Positions 1-10,210 of a stretch of 64,000 nucleotides of DNA are shown piece after piece. Origin of the DNA: Synechococcales cyanobacterium VAR_4_metabat_354 (GTDB lineage: Bacteria; Cyanobacteriota; Cyanobacteriia; Cyanobacteriales; Chamaesiphonaceae); contig JANOQI010000046.1 in NCBI GenBank assembly GCA_031414775.1, forward strand, positions 32,001 through 96,000, in the 5' to 3' direction. A program made the position numbers and the translations under genes. Position 1 is the first letter of the stretch. Every line of letters starts with the position of its first letter. The notes under the pieces were generated by a model. That model did no database searches. It was not told where the DNA came from and saw nothing but the letters and a program-made list of their open reading frames with translations.

Positions 1-227
1 GAATTCACTCCCACATTGGCAGCGGCTCCCTTGATGTAATGAGCCAGATGCTTGAGTTTTTCGGCATCCTGTTGTTCGATTGCCGTTTGCAATGCCCCTA
101 GTTGCTCTTCTACATCTGCCGCTAGCATGTTTAACAGTTCCCACTCAAACTCGGAATCGGCATCAGAAATTTGATGTAAGCGTTCCCAATTAATTTCTAA
201 TGAGCTACTGGAATTAATATTAGACAT
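1..227 (-). CDS. Hpt (histidine phosphotransfer) domain protein, 3' end outside window
   Basis: Not in ORF track. Manual translation from ATG at 227: MSNINSSSSLEINWERLHQISDADSEFEWELLNMLAADVEEQLGALQTAIEQQDAEKLKHLAHYIKGAAANVG, with the Hpt motif AHxIKGAAANVG. Confidence 0.85.
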   Translation of the reverse strand, partial: MSNINSSSSLEINWERLHQISDADSEFEWELLNMLAADVEEQLGALQTAIEQQDAEKLKHLAHYIKGAAANVGVN

Positions 228-404
228 GACTTTCGACTATTGAGGCAGTGGATAAATGCTGGCGACAATCTGACAGCTGTAACCCTGAACTAGTTGGCCA
301 GAAAACTGTAGATTGTGACCTGGCTATCCTAATGATATCAGTTGGTAATTAGGTATTGTCGAAAATCCCTATAATTTGATATTCTAGAAAAGTTGTCTAA
401 AAAT

Positions 405-488
405 TCGCACATCTGAGATTTCGGGTGTTTCTGAACCACAGAAATGCACTCAGATGGAGGATAAACCCGGAAGGAGTAATAATTTAAT
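405..488 (+). promoter_or_regulatory. Structured rpsB 5' leader (putative S2 autoregulatory RNA)
   Basis: CATCTGAG (410-417) pairs with CTCAGATG (449-456). Inner hairpin at 425-449. TTCGGGT (420-426) can pair with ACCCGGA (465-471) next to the AAGGAG RBS, like the GGGU/ACCC pseudoknot of rpsB leaders. Confidence 0.6.
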
Positions 489-1274
489 ATGGCTGTAGTA
501 TCTCTCGCGCAAATGATGGAGTCGGGTGTTCACTTTGGGCACCAAACCCGCCGTTGGAACCCCAAAATGGCTCCTTATATTTTCACCTCTCGGAATGGGG
601 TGCATATCATTGACTTGGTGCAGACTGCCCAGTTGATGGAAGATGCCTATGATTATATGCGGACGGCTTCCGAACAGGGCAAGCGCTTTTTGTTTGTAGG
701 CACCAAGCGCCAAGCCGCGACCATTATTGCCCAAGAAGCCACCCGTTGTGGGGCTTCCTTCATCAATCAACGGTGGTTGGGAGGAATGCTTACCAACTGG
801 ACAACGATCAAGGGTCGAGTCGATCGCCTCAAAGATTTAGAACGGCGTGAAGAAAGCGGTGCCTTGGATCTATTGCCCAAGAAAGAAGCTTCCGTACTGC
901 GCCGGGAAATGTTTAAGCTCCAGAAATATCTGGGTGGTATCAAAAACATGCGCAAAATTCCGGATATCGTGATCGTAGTCGATCAACGCCGGGAATATAA
1001 CGCCATGTTAGAGTGCCAAAAGCTCAATATTCCGATCGTCTCTTTACTAGATACCAACTGCGATCCAGACATCGTCGATGTACCGATCCCAGCCAACGAT
1101 GATGCTATTCGCTCGGTTAAACTAATCTTGGGCAAACTGGCTGATGCGGTCTACGAAGGTCGTCATGGTCAGCTAGATACCGAAGATGAGTATGCTGACT
1201 ACGCTGAAGAAGACTTCGAAGACGAAGTAGCAGCTGGCGAAGCTAGCCCTAGTGAAGCTGAAAGTGCAGGGTAG
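489..1274 (+). CDS. rpsB: 30S ribosomal protein S2
   Basis: [24 protein letters not shown] and [11 protein letters not shown] motifs. Confidence 0.99.
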   Translation: MAVVSLAQMMESGVHFGHQTRRWNPKMAPYIFTSRNGVHIIDLVQTAQLMEDAYDYMRTASEQGKRFLFVGTKRQAATIIAQEATRCGASFINQRWLGGMLTNWTTIKGRVDRLKDLERREESGALDLLPKKEASVLRREMFKLQKYLGGIKNMRKIPDIVIVVDQRREYNAMLECQKLNIPIVSLLDTNCDPDIVDVPIPANDDAIRSVKLILGKLADAVYEGRHGQLDTEDEYADYAEEDFEDEVAAGEASPSEAESAG

Positions 1275-1328
1275 TTTGAAAATTCTGAACTTTCCTGTTT
1301 TGCTCCTAATCAACTCCTAAATAACAAT

Positions 1329-2276
1329 ATGGCTGAAATTACTGCAAAAATGGTTCAAGAACTACGCCAGCTGACTGGCGCAGGGATGATGGACTGTAAA
1401 AAAGCGCTCAACGAAAATGACGGTGATATCACCAAGTCATCGGAATGGCTGCGTCAGAAAGGGATGATTGCGGCTGGAAAAAAAAGCGATCGAGTGACAG
1501 CCGAAGGTTTGGTAGATAACTACATCCAAGCCGATGGTAAAGCTGGTGTCTTGCTAGAAGTTAATTGTCAAACTGACTTTGTCGCCCGTAATGATGCCTT
1601 CAAGTTGCTAGTACAGAGCTTAGCTAATCAAGCAATTACTGCTGATGATGTCGCCGCGCTGTTGGCTCAGCCTTACTCCGAAGATCCCAGCGTTAAAGTT
1701 GAAGAAGCTCTAACTAAGTCGATCGCCACTTTGGGTGAAAATCTTAACATTCGGCGGTTAGCTAACTATCAATTGGCTGCTGGCTCAACTGGGGTCATTG
1801 ATTGCTACATTCATACTGGCGGTCGGGTGGGCGTACTCTTAGAGCTAGGGACTGAAGCAGCATCTGTTGCTGACAATGCCGATTTTAAGGGCTTAGCCCG
1901 CAATTTGGCGATGCAGGTGGCAGCTTGCCCCAACGTTGAATATATCAACGTTGCGGCTATTCCGACTGAGATCTCCTCGAAGGAAAAAGAAATGGAAATG
2001 GGTCGCGATGATTTGGCTGGCAAACCAGACAATATCAAAGAAAAAATCGTTCAGGGTCGGATTGATAAACGCCTGAAAGAAATGACCCTAGTCGATCAAC
2101 CTTACATCAAAGATCAAGGTAAGACGGTGGATGAACTACTCGCAGACAGCGCTAAGCAACTCGGTGGTAGTATTTCAGTTCGACGTTTTACTCGCTTTAT
2201 TTTGGGTGAAGGTATCGAGAAGAAAGAGTCTAACTTTGCGGAAGAAGTAGCTGCTCAAATGGGTGGGAACGCCTAG
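1329..2276 (+). CDS. tsf: Translation elongation factor Ts (long 315-aa form)
   Basis: [12 protein letters not shown] and [12 protein letters not shown] motifs; directly downstream of rpsB. Confidence 0.99.
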   Translation: MAEITAKMVQELRQLTGAGMMDCKKALNENDGDITKSSEWLRQKGMIAAGKKSDRVTAEGLVDNYIQADGKAGVLLEVNCQTDFVARNDAFKLLVQSLANQAITADDVAALLAQPYSEDPSVKVEEALTKSIATLGENLNIRRLANYQLAAGSTGVIDCYIHTGGRVGVLLELGTEAASVADNADFKGLARNLAMQVAACPNVEYINVAAIPTEISSKEKEMEMGRDDLAGKPDNIKEKIVQGRIDKRLKEMTLVDQPYIKDQGKTVDELLADSAKQLGGSISVRRFTRFILGEGIEKKESNFAEEVAAQMGGNA

Positions 2277-2298
2277 TTTTTTGGCTAACTACTATTAG

Positions 2299-2327
2299 AA
2301 AGGCTGGTCTTTGACCGGCCTTTTTTT
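2299..2327 (+). terminator. Intrinsic terminator of rpsB-tsf
   Basis: AAAGGCTGGTC-TTT-GACCGGCCTTT hairpin followed by a T tract. Confidence 0.85.
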
Positions 2328-2414
2328 CTGCTCAAATTCACAGAACCCAAAGCACGATCGAACTGGTCTGGTTAGAATGGGTGGGACAAGTAAGTAACCG
2401 CGCCCAAACCATTC

Positions 2415-3275
2415 ATGAGTAACGATCTATATCAACAAATTCAGCAATTTTATGATGCCTCTAGTGGCTTGTGGGAAAGTATCTGGGGCGAACATATGCA
2501 TCATGGCTACTATGGTGTGGATGGCAAAAAGAAGATCGATCGTCGCCAAGCCCAGATTGACCTGATTGAAGAATTACTGCGTTGGTCTGGTTGTAATAGT
2601 TCCGATGGCCAAGCCCCCAAGATTATTGATATTGGTTGTGGTATTGGCGGTAGTAGCCTTTATTTGGCTGAAAAATTACAAGCCGAAGTAGTGGGAATTA
2701 CGCTATCGCCCGTGCAGGCCAACCGTGCTCAGGAAAGAGCCACCGCAGCTGGATTGAAAGATAAAGCTATTTTTAAAGTGGCGAATGCTTTGGCTATTCC
2801 TTATGAAGACAATACTTTTGATGTGGTTTGGACATTAGAAAGCGGCGAGCATATGCCAGATAAAACAAAATTCTTGCAAGAGTGTTATCGAGTACTGAAA
2901 CCAGGTGGTCGCTTGATTTTTGCCACTTGGTGTCATCGTTCTACCGACGGCGAGGCCGGGTTTTTAACCCCAGCTGAAATTAGACATCTCGACCAAATCT
3001 ATGAGGTCTACTGTTTACCCTACGTGATCTCACTACCAGAATATGAAGCTATCACCACTGCATGTGGCTTTCAGGGAATGCGATCGACTGATTGGTCGGT
3101 GGCCGTAGCACCTTTCTGGGAGGTGGTGATCGACTCTAGTATTACGCCAGAAGCCATTTTGGGATTATTTAAAGCGGGCTGGAAAACAATTCAAGCGGCA
3201 CTATCTCTAAAGTTAATGAGTCAAGGCTACGAAAGAGGATTAATTCGATTTGGTCTGATTACAGCCACTAAATAA
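2415..3275 (+). CDS. Gamma-tocopherol methyltransferase (VTE4/Slr0089-like)
   Basis: FYDASSGLWESIWGEHMHHGYY N-terminus, IIDIGCGIGG SAM motif, ESGEHMPDK; adjacent to hppD. Confidence 0.88.
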   Translation: MSNDLYQQIQQFYDASSGLWESIWGEHMHHGYYGVDGKKKIDRRQAQIDLIEELLRWSGCNSSDGQAPKIIDIGCGIGGSSLYLAEKLQAEVVGITLSPVQANRAQERATAAGLKDKAIFKVANALAIPYEDNTFDVVWTLESGEHMPDKTKFLQECYRVLKPGGRLIFATWCHRSTDGEAGFLTPAEIRHLDQIYEVYCLPYVISLPEYEAITTACGFQGMRSTDWSVAVAPFWEVVIDSSITPEAILGLFKAGWKTIQAALSLKLMSQGYERGLIRFGLITATK

Positions 3276-3305
3276 AGAATTGATTGGAATTTCTAACTAG
3301 GTGCT

Positions 3306-4355
3306 ATGAAAATCGATCACATTCATTTTTTCGTCGAAGATGCCGCGCAAACGCGCGATTGGTTGATCCAAAAAATGGGTTTTCAATCCGGTGGTCAACG
3401 AGTAGATGAACACACCTGTACCGAACTGGTGGGTAGCGGCACAGTTTTATTTCGGGTATCCTCCGCCCGGAGTGAGTCTAGCCCGGTGGCTAACTATTTG
3501 GCCTCGCATCCGGCTGGAGTGGCAAATATTGCTTTTCTGGTTGATGATCTGGAACTATGGGCTGAAAAGATTGCTCGTTTGGATATTAATATTATTGAAG
3601 AATACGACCTATCGATCGACAATACTGAGCAGCTCACTATTCAAGGTTGGGGAGATTTTCAACACACTTTAGTTACCAATGCTAGTAATCCAATATTGGC
3701 ACCAATCGAATTGGAGCAAGATTATCAAAATCCGATTGTAGATATCGATCATGTAGTTTTAAATGTTGGTCAGCACCAATTAGCAGCAGCGACGGATTGG
3801 TATCAAAGTCTTTTCGATTTCCAAGTTCAACAATCTTTTAATATCCAAACTGGCTCTTCTGGCTTGTATAGTCAAGCCCTAGTGGATGCTACTGGTCAAA
3901 TTCAGTTCAATATCAATGAACCCAGCAGTCCCAATTCTCAAATTCAGACTTTTCTCGATGTGAATGGTGGTGCTGGTATTCAACATGTTGCGCTGCGCAC
4001 TGCTAATATTTTTCAAACTGTGACTGAGATGCGATCGCAAGATTTAGCATTTTTGCCGATTCCCCAAAGCTACTACACCAATTTAAAAAGCCGTTCCCGA
4101 CAGGCTCATAATTTTTCTCTTCAGCACCAGGAATGGCAAGATTTAGAAAAATCGGAGATCCTGTTGGACTGGCCAGAAAATAATGCTTCAGATTTGTTGA
4201 TGCAGATCTTCACACAACCAATTTTCGCCCAGCCAACTTTCTTTTTTGAAATTATTGAGCGGCGCGGTCAAGTCCAAGGATTTGGCGAGGGAAACTTTCT
4301 CGCGTTGTTTCAGGCGATCGAACAAGAAGAACTAAAAAAAGTTCATGCCGACTAA
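3306..4355 (+). CDS. hppD: 4-hydroxyphenylpyruvate dioxygenase
   Basis: IDHVVLNV, GAGIQHVAL, QIFTQP, FFEIIERRG and GFGEGNF motifs. Confidence 0.95.
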   Translation: MKIDHIHFFVEDAAQTRDWLIQKMGFQSGGQRVDEHTCTELVGSGTVLFRVSSARSESSPVANYLASHPAGVANIAFLVDDLELWAEKIARLDINIIEEYDLSIDNTEQLTIQGWGDFQHTLVTNASNPILAPIELEQDYQNPIVDIDHVVLNVGQHQLAAATDWYQSLFDFQVQQSFNIQTGSSGLYSQALVDATGQIQFNINEPSSPNSQIQTFLDVNGGAGIQHVALRTANIFQTVTEMRSQDLAFLPIPQSYYTNLKSRSRQAHNFSLQHQEWQDLEKSEILLDWPENNASDLLMQIFTQPIFAQPTFFFEIIERRGQVQGFGEGNFLALFQAIEQEELKKVHAD

Positions 4356-4361
4356 TCGATA

Positions 4362-4433
4362 AGCGGATGATGGGACTCGAACCCACAACTTTCAGCATGG
4401 GAAGCTGACACTCTACCATTGAGTCACATCCGC
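4362..4433 (-). tRNA. tRNA-Gly (CCC)
   Basis: Reverse complement GCGGATGTGACTCAATGGTAGAGTGTCAGCTTCCCATGCTGAAAGTTGTGGGTTCGAGTCCCATCATCCGCT folds as a cloverleaf; anticodon loop TTCCCAT; U discriminator. Confidence 0.96.
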
Positions 4434-4481
4434 GCACAATATACATTATAGAATAGATTACACAACTATCGCGGTTAGAGT

Positions 4482-5651
4482 ATGAATTGGTGGCAGCAAC
4501 TAAATCGGAATGGACTCGCCCGACTGGGAGCAATTACCTTGGTGACTCTTTATGTGATCTCGATCGGAGCCGAGTTCATTGCCCCCTACGATCCCTATGC
4601 ATCTCAAAAAGACGGCTCGTTGCTGCCACCCACGCCGATTCACTTTACTAATGACCAAGGCGAAATGATGGCGCCAGTGGTTTATCCAGTCACCCAGGGA
4701 CAGACCGATCTGGCTACTGGTGATCGCAAATTGAAGATCGATCGAACCAAACCTGCACCGCTGCAATTATTTGTGGCTGGTGATGAATACAAATTATTTA
4801 CCATTAAGATTCCTAAATTCCCCAAGCTGGGTGGTACCGAAAAAAAGGGCGCCAAGCGATCGAAAAATGAAAACAATGAAGTGACCCTCTTCAAAGGATT
4901 TGATGCCAACTTACATTTATTTGGCACCAGCGATCCTACTAAGCCCGGTCGGATTAATTTATTAGGAACTGACGAACAGGGGCGCGATCAGTTTAGCCGG
5001 TTGATTTATGGCAGCCGCATCAGTCTATTCATTGGGTTAATTGGCATTTTGATCTCTTTCCCATTGGGGATGTTAATTGGCGGTGTCGCTGGTTATTTTG
5101 GTGGCTGGCTAGACACAATCTTAATGCGCGCCGCCGAAGTCCTGATGACTATGCCCAGCCTCTACTTGCTAGTGGCACTAGCCGCCATTCTACCAGCCGG
5201 AATTTCTAGCTCCCAGCGCTTTTTGTTGATTGTAATTATTACTTCTTTTATCGGTTGGGCTGGCCTGGCCAGAGTCGTGCGGGGGCAAGTGCTATCCATT
5301 AAGGAACGGGAGTTTATTCAAGCCGCTCAAGTAATGGGGGCGCATCCGTTTTACATCGTGATGCGTCATGTACTTCCCCAAACCTCGACCTACCTAGTTA
5401 TTGCCGCCACCCTCGCCATTCCAGGCTTTATCATCTCCGAATCAGTACTGAGCTTAATTGGGCTGGGCATCCAACAGCCCGATCCTTCCTGGGGAAATAT
5501 GCTCTCTTTGGCTACCAACACCTCAATTTTGACTTTTCAGCCTTGGTTGGTGTGGCCACCAGCTCTTTTGATCGCAGCTGTAGTTTTGTCCTTTAACCTC
5601 TTGGGTGATGGCTTGCGGGACGCACTCGACCCGCGTAGCATCAAGCGTTGA
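4482..5651 (+). CDS. Peptide ABC transporter permease (DppC/OppC family)
   Basis: LLGTDEQGRDQFSRLIYGSRISL, EAA-like loop EFIQAAQVMGA, LSLIGLGIQQPDPSWG and FNLLGDGLRDALDPR. Confidence 0.92.
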   Translation: MNWWQQLNRNGLARLGAITLVTLYVISIGAEFIAPYDPYASQKDGSLLPPTPIHFTNDQGEMMAPVVYPVTQGQTDLATGDRKLKIDRTKPAPLQLFVAGDEYKLFTIKIPKFPKLGGTEKKGAKRSKNENNEVTLFKGFDANLHLFGTSDPTKPGRINLLGTDEQGRDQFSRLIYGSRISLFIGLIGILISFPLGMLIGGVAGYFGGWLDTILMRAAEVLMTMPSLYLLVALAAILPAGISSSQRFLLIVIITSFIGWAGLARVVRGQVLSIKEREFIQAAQVMGAHPFYIVMRHVLPQTSTYLVIAATLAIPGFIISESVLSLIGLGIQQPDPSWGNMLSLATNTSILTFQPWLVWPPALLIAAVVLSFNLLGDGLRDALDPRSIKR

Positions 5652-5737
5652 AAATTGTTGAAATTTAATTGGCCATTCTTGGTAAATCATCTAAAGTGAA
5701 TAGAGATAATTAATCTTTTATTAATCCCCCGGTGGCT

Positions 5738-7651
5738 ATGCACCTAAGCGAACTTACTCACCCCAATCAATTGCACGGCCTACCTGTCCGTGAACTAGAA
5801 CAGATTGGTCGCGAAATCCGCGAAAAACACCTGCAAACAGTGGCGACTAGCGGTGGCCATTTAGCCCCAGGCTTGGGAGTTGTAGAACTGACGATTGCCC
5901 TCTACCAAACCCTAGATTTAGACCGCGACAAGGTGATTTGGGACGTTGGACATCAAGCCTATCCCCACAAACTTTTAACTGGTCGCTACAAAGATTTTCA
6001 TACCCTCCGTCAAAAAAATGGAGTCGCTGGCTACCTGAACCGGGGCGAGAGCAAATTTGACCACTTTGGCGCTGGCCATGCTTCCACTAGTATTTCCGCC
6101 GCTTTGGGGATGGCGATTGCCCGTGATCTCAAAGGGGAAGACTTTAAATGCGTGGCAGTGATTGGCGATGGCGCTCTGACTGGTGGCATGGCACTGGAAG
6201 CGATCAATCATGCTGGTCACTTACCGAAGACCAACATGTTGGTAGTGCTGAACGATAATGATATGTCGATCTCCCCGAATGTAGGAGCGATTTCGCGTTA
6301 TCTCAACAAAATTCGGGTTAGCCCCGAAGTGCAGTATGTTACCGATAATCTGCAAGATCAGCTCAAAAATATTCCGTTCGTGGGTCAAGCCCTCTATCCG
6401 GAACTCGATCGAGTGAAAGAAGGCATGAAGCGACTAGCCGTGCCCAAAATGGGTGCAGTGTTTGAAGAATTGGGCTTTACCTATATGGGACCAGTAGATG
6501 GTCACAACATCGAAGAGCTAATTACTACTTTCCGGGCTGCTCATAAGCATCCGGGGCCAGTGCTAGTACATGTGGCAACTACCAAGGGTAAGGGCTACGA
6601 AATAGCTGAGAAAGATCAAGTAGGCTATCATGCCCAAAATCCTTTCAACTTAGCTACGGGTAAAGCCATTCCTTCTAGCAAGCCTAAGCCACCAGGCTAC
6701 TCTAAAGTTTTTTCAGATACCCTGATCACTCTGGCTGAACATAATCCGCGCATTGTGGCGATCACGGCAGCGATGGCAACTGGTACTGGGTTAGACAAAT
6801 TCCAGGCTAAGTTTCCCAAGCAATATATTGATGTCGGCATTGCGGAACAACACGCCGTCACCTTAGCCGCTGCGATGGCTGCCGAGGGAATGCGACCGGT
6901 CGCCACAATTTATTCAACCTTCTTGCAACGGGCCTTCGATCAGATTATTCATGATGTCTGTATTCAGAATCTGCCGGTCTTTTTCTGTTTGGATCGAGCG
7001 GGAATTGTCGGGGCGGATGGTCCCACCCACCAAGGGATGTATGACATTGCCTACCTGCGTTGTATCCCAAACATGGTGCTGATGGCTCCGAAAGATGAGG
7101 GTGAATTACAGCGTATGATTGTGACCGGCATTGAATATACCGATGGCCCGATCGCCCTCCGTTATCCGCGCGGGAATGGCTATGGGGTGCCGTTGATGGA
7201 AGAAGGGTGGGAAACCCTGCCAATCGGCAAGGCCGAAATTCTGCGGCAGGGTGACGATGTATTGTTGCTCGCCTACGGCTCGATGGTACATCCAACCATG
7301 CAAGCTGCTCAACTTTTAAATGAACATGGCATCTCTGCCACCGTCATTAATGGTCGATTTGCCAAGCCTTTGGATACTGAGTTGATTCTGCCCTTAGCCC
7401 AAAAAATTGGCAAAGTAGTAACGGTGGAAGAAGGCTGTTTAGCTGGTGGCTTTGGTTCAGCGGTGGCGGAGTCTTTGCTAGATCACAATATCGTGGTGCC
7501 CTTGAAACGGATTGGAGTTCCAGATAAATTGGTTGAGCACGCTACTCCTGAGGAGTCTTTGACAGAGTTGGGTCTGACTGGTGCCCAGATTGCAGAGACA
7601 ATTCGGACTGGTTTCTTTGCTGCTCAAGTAGCGCAGCCAATTAAAGTCTAG
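5738..7651 (+). CDS. dxs: 1-deoxy-D-xylulose-5-phosphate synthase
   Basis: [38 protein letters not shown] and [13 protein letters not shown]; start set at ATG 5738 (MHLSE). Confidence 0.98.
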   Translation: MHLSELTHPNQLHGLPVRELEQIGREIREKHLQTVATSGGHLAPGLGVVELTIALYQTLDLDRDKVIWDVGHQAYPHKLLTGRYKDFHTLRQKNGVAGYLNRGESKFDHFGAGHASTSISAALGMAIARDLKGEDFKCVAVIGDGALTGGMALEAINHAGHLPKTNMLVVLNDNDMSISPNVGAISRYLNKIRVSPEVQYVTDNLQDQLKNIPFVGQALYPELDRVKEGMKRLAVPKMGAVFEELGFTYMGPVDGHNIEELITTFRAAHKHPGPVLVHVATTKGKGYEIAEKDQVGYHAQNPFNLATGKAIPSSKPKPPGYSKVFSDTLITLAEHNPRIVAITAAMATGTGLDKFQAKFPKQYIDVGIAEQHAVTLAAAMAAEGMRPVATIYSTFLQRAFDQIIHDVCIQNLPVFFCLDRAGIVGADGPTHQGMYDIAYLRCIPNMVLMAPKDEGELQRMIVTGIEYTDGPIALRYPRGNGYGVPLMEEGWETLPIGKAEILRQGDDVLLLAYGSMVHPTMQAAQLLNEHGISATVINGRFAKPLDTELILPLAQKIGKVVTVEEGCLAGGFGSAVAESLLDHNIVVPLKRIGVPDKLVEHATPEESLTELGLTGAQIAETIRTGFFAAQVAQPIKV

Positions 7652-7669
7652 AAGTATCACTATTGGCAG

Positions 7670-7709
7670 ACACAAAAAATCCTCTGTTTTTACAGAGGAT
7701 TTTTTGTGT
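7670..7709. terminator. Intrinsic (probably bidirectional) terminator after dxs
   Basis: 18-bp perfect inverted repeat ACACAAAAAATCCTCTGT / ACAGAGGATTTTTTGTGT. Confidence 0.85.
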
Positions 7710-7896
7710 TTGAGAGCAGAAATATTGTCGGTAAGTTATAAATATCTCCAGTTAAGACAATCAAAATAAATAATAATAAACTAGCGAATGGTGATTGCTA
7801 ATAATAATGAGGGTACTCTAAGTTTACTTAATTCATCAATTTTTATGGTGGGAGTCTTTTCCGCCAATAGAAAATCTTATAGCAAAGATCTGTCTT

Positions 7897-9102
7897 ATGC
7901 CCTCCGAAATCAAAACTTCTGAATTGTTGACCAGGTTATCTAACAATCAAAGTACTGGTTGCTTAGAAATAACTAGTGGCTCCACTAGCTGGCATGTTTT
8001 CCTCAGATTTGGACAATTAGTGAATGTCGATTGTTCGAGTCAATCTTTGAGTCAATTGAGTCAACGTTTACGTCAGCTAGGTTATGATGCGGCAGCTATG
8101 GCTCTGAAAACCGATCCCTATCATAGTTTGTCAACAGATAGCTTAGTAAGTCAGAAATTAGATGATTTAGAGCTACAGGGCTTACTTGATCAAGGACAAC
8201 TACGCCACATAACGTTGGAATTGATGAAAGAAGCATTGGAATCTCTACTATGGATCACCGAGGGAGATAGCATCTGGCATCAAAATCAACAGATATCGAC
8301 AACAGCACCCAGCAATTCACAGACTAGCTTAAACTTAATAGCTACGTTGGACTATTACCAGCGACGACTAAAAATTTGGCAAAAATTTACCACCGTTGTC
8401 CAGTCTCCCCATCAACGTCCCTACCTGACTGCTGAAAAACTGTTAGACAAACCAGTCTTATCTGGTACATTATCGTTCACTGCCTTGCAACAAATCTCTC
8501 AATTGATGCGTGGCATCAGTTTACGGGAGTTAGCAAGGTTGCTCAAGCAAGATGAATTGAAGTTAGTTCAATTGTTAATACCTTATATCCGTCACAACTT
8601 GATTTTTTTACGGCCGCCCTCGGTGCCCTTTGATACTCTACCAACTATTCCAGAACCGCCGCTGTTGCCACTGACGATCAGTGGTGAATTGACACTGATC
8701 GATCATGAGTTAAATCCTTCCAACAATAAGTCAAAAAATTATCAAATTGCCTGCATTGATGATAGTCCACTTATTTTGGACGAAATTGAGCGATTCTTAG
8801 AGAAAAGTGGAAAATATCAACTCACTAAGTTGCTAGAACCGATCAAAGCTTCTGCGGCTATTTTCCGGCTAAAGCCAGATTTGATTTTGATGGATATCAC
8901 TATGCCAAATATCAATGGCTATAAGCTTTGCAGCTTGTTTAGAAGTAGTGAGGCACTGGCGAAAACCCCAATTATTATGGTAACTGGCAATAAAGGTTTA
9001 GTTGATCAGGTACGAGCCAAATTAGTAGGAGCCACTGATTATTTGACTAAGCCTTTTACCGAATCAGAATTACTGGCAATAATTGAAAAGAATTTAACTT
9101 GA
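7897..9102 (+). CDS. PatA-family response regulator (PATAN + REC)
   Basis: N-terminal TGCLEITSG..W region, SPHQRPY motif and C-terminal REC (CIDDS, DITMP, KPF); first gene of a che-like operon. Confidence 0.88.
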   Translation: MPSEIKTSELLTRLSNNQSTGCLEITSGSTSWHVFLRFGQLVNVDCSSQSLSQLSQRLRQLGYDAAAMALKTDPYHSLSTDSLVSQKLDDLELQGLLDQGQLRHITLELMKEALESLLWITEGDSIWHQNQQISTTAPSNSQTSLNLIATLDYYQRRLKIWQKFTTVVQSPHQRPYLTAEKLLDKPVLSGTLSFTALQQISQLMRGISLRELARLLKQDELKLVQLLIPYIRHNLIFLRPPSVPFDTLPTIPEPPLLPLTISGELTLIDHELNPSNNKSKNYQIACIDDSPLILDEIERFLEKSGKYQLTKLLEPIKASAAIFRLKPDLILMDITMPNINGYKLCSLFRSSEALAKTPIIMVTGNKGLVDQVRAKLVGATDYLTKPFTESELLAIIEKNLT

Positions 9103-9209
9103 ATAGTGAATGTATTTGATCATGAACTGGGCATGATAAGTTTATCACTATCCTAACTATGGGTTGGTTGTAAGAATCAGTTTTTTAACTGGGAATTCGG
9201 GAATTAAAG

Positions 9210-9572
9210 ATGGCGAAGATTTTAGTAGTAGATGATATGCTGGCTGAATTAGAACTGACTTGTCAGTATTTGACTACAGCCGGACATACAACCGTTACAG
9301 CTTCTAATGGTGAAGAAGCTCTGCATAAAGCTAGGGAAAATCGGCCAGATGTGATTGTGACCGATTGGATGATGCCTGTGATGGGAGGATTAGAACTATG
9401 TCGCCATTTGAAAAAACAACCTGAGACAGCAAATATTCCGATCGTGGCCTGTACTGCCAAGAATCGAGAGGTAGATCGACTGTGGGCTATAAAGCAAGGC
9501 GTTAATGTTTATTTGACCAAACCTTACACTGCCGAAGAACTTGCCCACGCAGTTCGGGTAGCTATAGGTTGA
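9210..9572 (+). CDS. CheY-like single-domain response regulator
   Basis: ILVVDD, DWMMP and YLTKPY. Confidence 0.92.
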   Translation: MAKILVVDDMLAELELTCQYLTTAGHTTVTASNGEEALHKARENRPDVIVTDWMMPVMGGLELCRHLKKQPETANIPIVACTAKNREVDRLWAIKQGVNVYLTKPYTAEELAHAVRVAIG

Positions 9573-9577
9573 ATTTT

Positions 9578-10153
9578 ATGACAACTAACACCACCCTTTT
9601 TAGACTACAACAACTTTTACCTCATCTATTCCAACCAATTCAAGTTTCTGGCGATCCCTATCTGCGTTTTCAGCTGACCCCTGAGACTCCGGCTCTGATA
9701 TCGATGGAATGGGTACAAGAGGCGTTGCTCGTTTCGGCTAGCTCAATCTCTCCCCTCCCAAATATGCCAGTTTTTTCGATTGGCATCATGAGTGCTCGCG
9801 ATCGAGTCTTCTTGGTGGTCGATTTAGGTCAACTCTTAGGCTTAGCACCCTCGCTAGTCAATCCACGGAACTATCAAGTTATCACCATTCATTTACCCGC
9901 CGTGGGCACGGAAAATCGTACTTCATCTGAAAAATATCTCGGACTAGCTGTCCAGCGAGTGGGTGGGGTTGCTCGTTTTGAGACCAAGCCGTTGCCTATA
10001 GTTACTGAAAAGTGTCCCGTTGGTTTAGCACCTTATTTGTTAGGGAATTTCATGGAAGGAAACGAACAAATTTTAGTATTGAATATAGAAGCGATCTTAG
10101 CCAGTTCATTGTTAACCACTAATCCAATCAACCAAGTTAACTATCAAAATTAA
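9578..10153 (+). CDS. CheW-like coupling protein
   Basis: PLPNMP..IGIMSARDRVFLVVDLGQLLG and LGLAVQRVGGV; position between cheY and the MCP. Confidence 0.88.
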   Translation: MTTNTTLFRLQQLLPHLFQPIQVSGDPYLRFQLTPETPALISMEWVQEALLVSASSISPLPNMPVFSIGIMSARDRVFLVVDLGQLLGLAPSLVNPRNYQVITIHLPAVGTENRTSSEKYLGLAVQRVGGVARFETKPLPIVTEKCPVGLAPYLLGNFMEGNEQILVLNIEAILASSLLTTNPINQVNYQN

Positions 10154-10210
10154 TTACAGCCCAGATTTGTTTTAAGCCAATTTCTATCCTCTTACTTGAT
10201 CTGTCAGCTT

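Noticed and set aside
4362..4433. tRNA genes (also 50065-50137) as integration sites
   Set aside because: No integrase and no duplicated tRNA 3' end seen nearby.
7811..7820. SigF/SigJ-type GGG -10 element before patA
   Set aside because: GGGTACTCT is too weak a match without TSS data.
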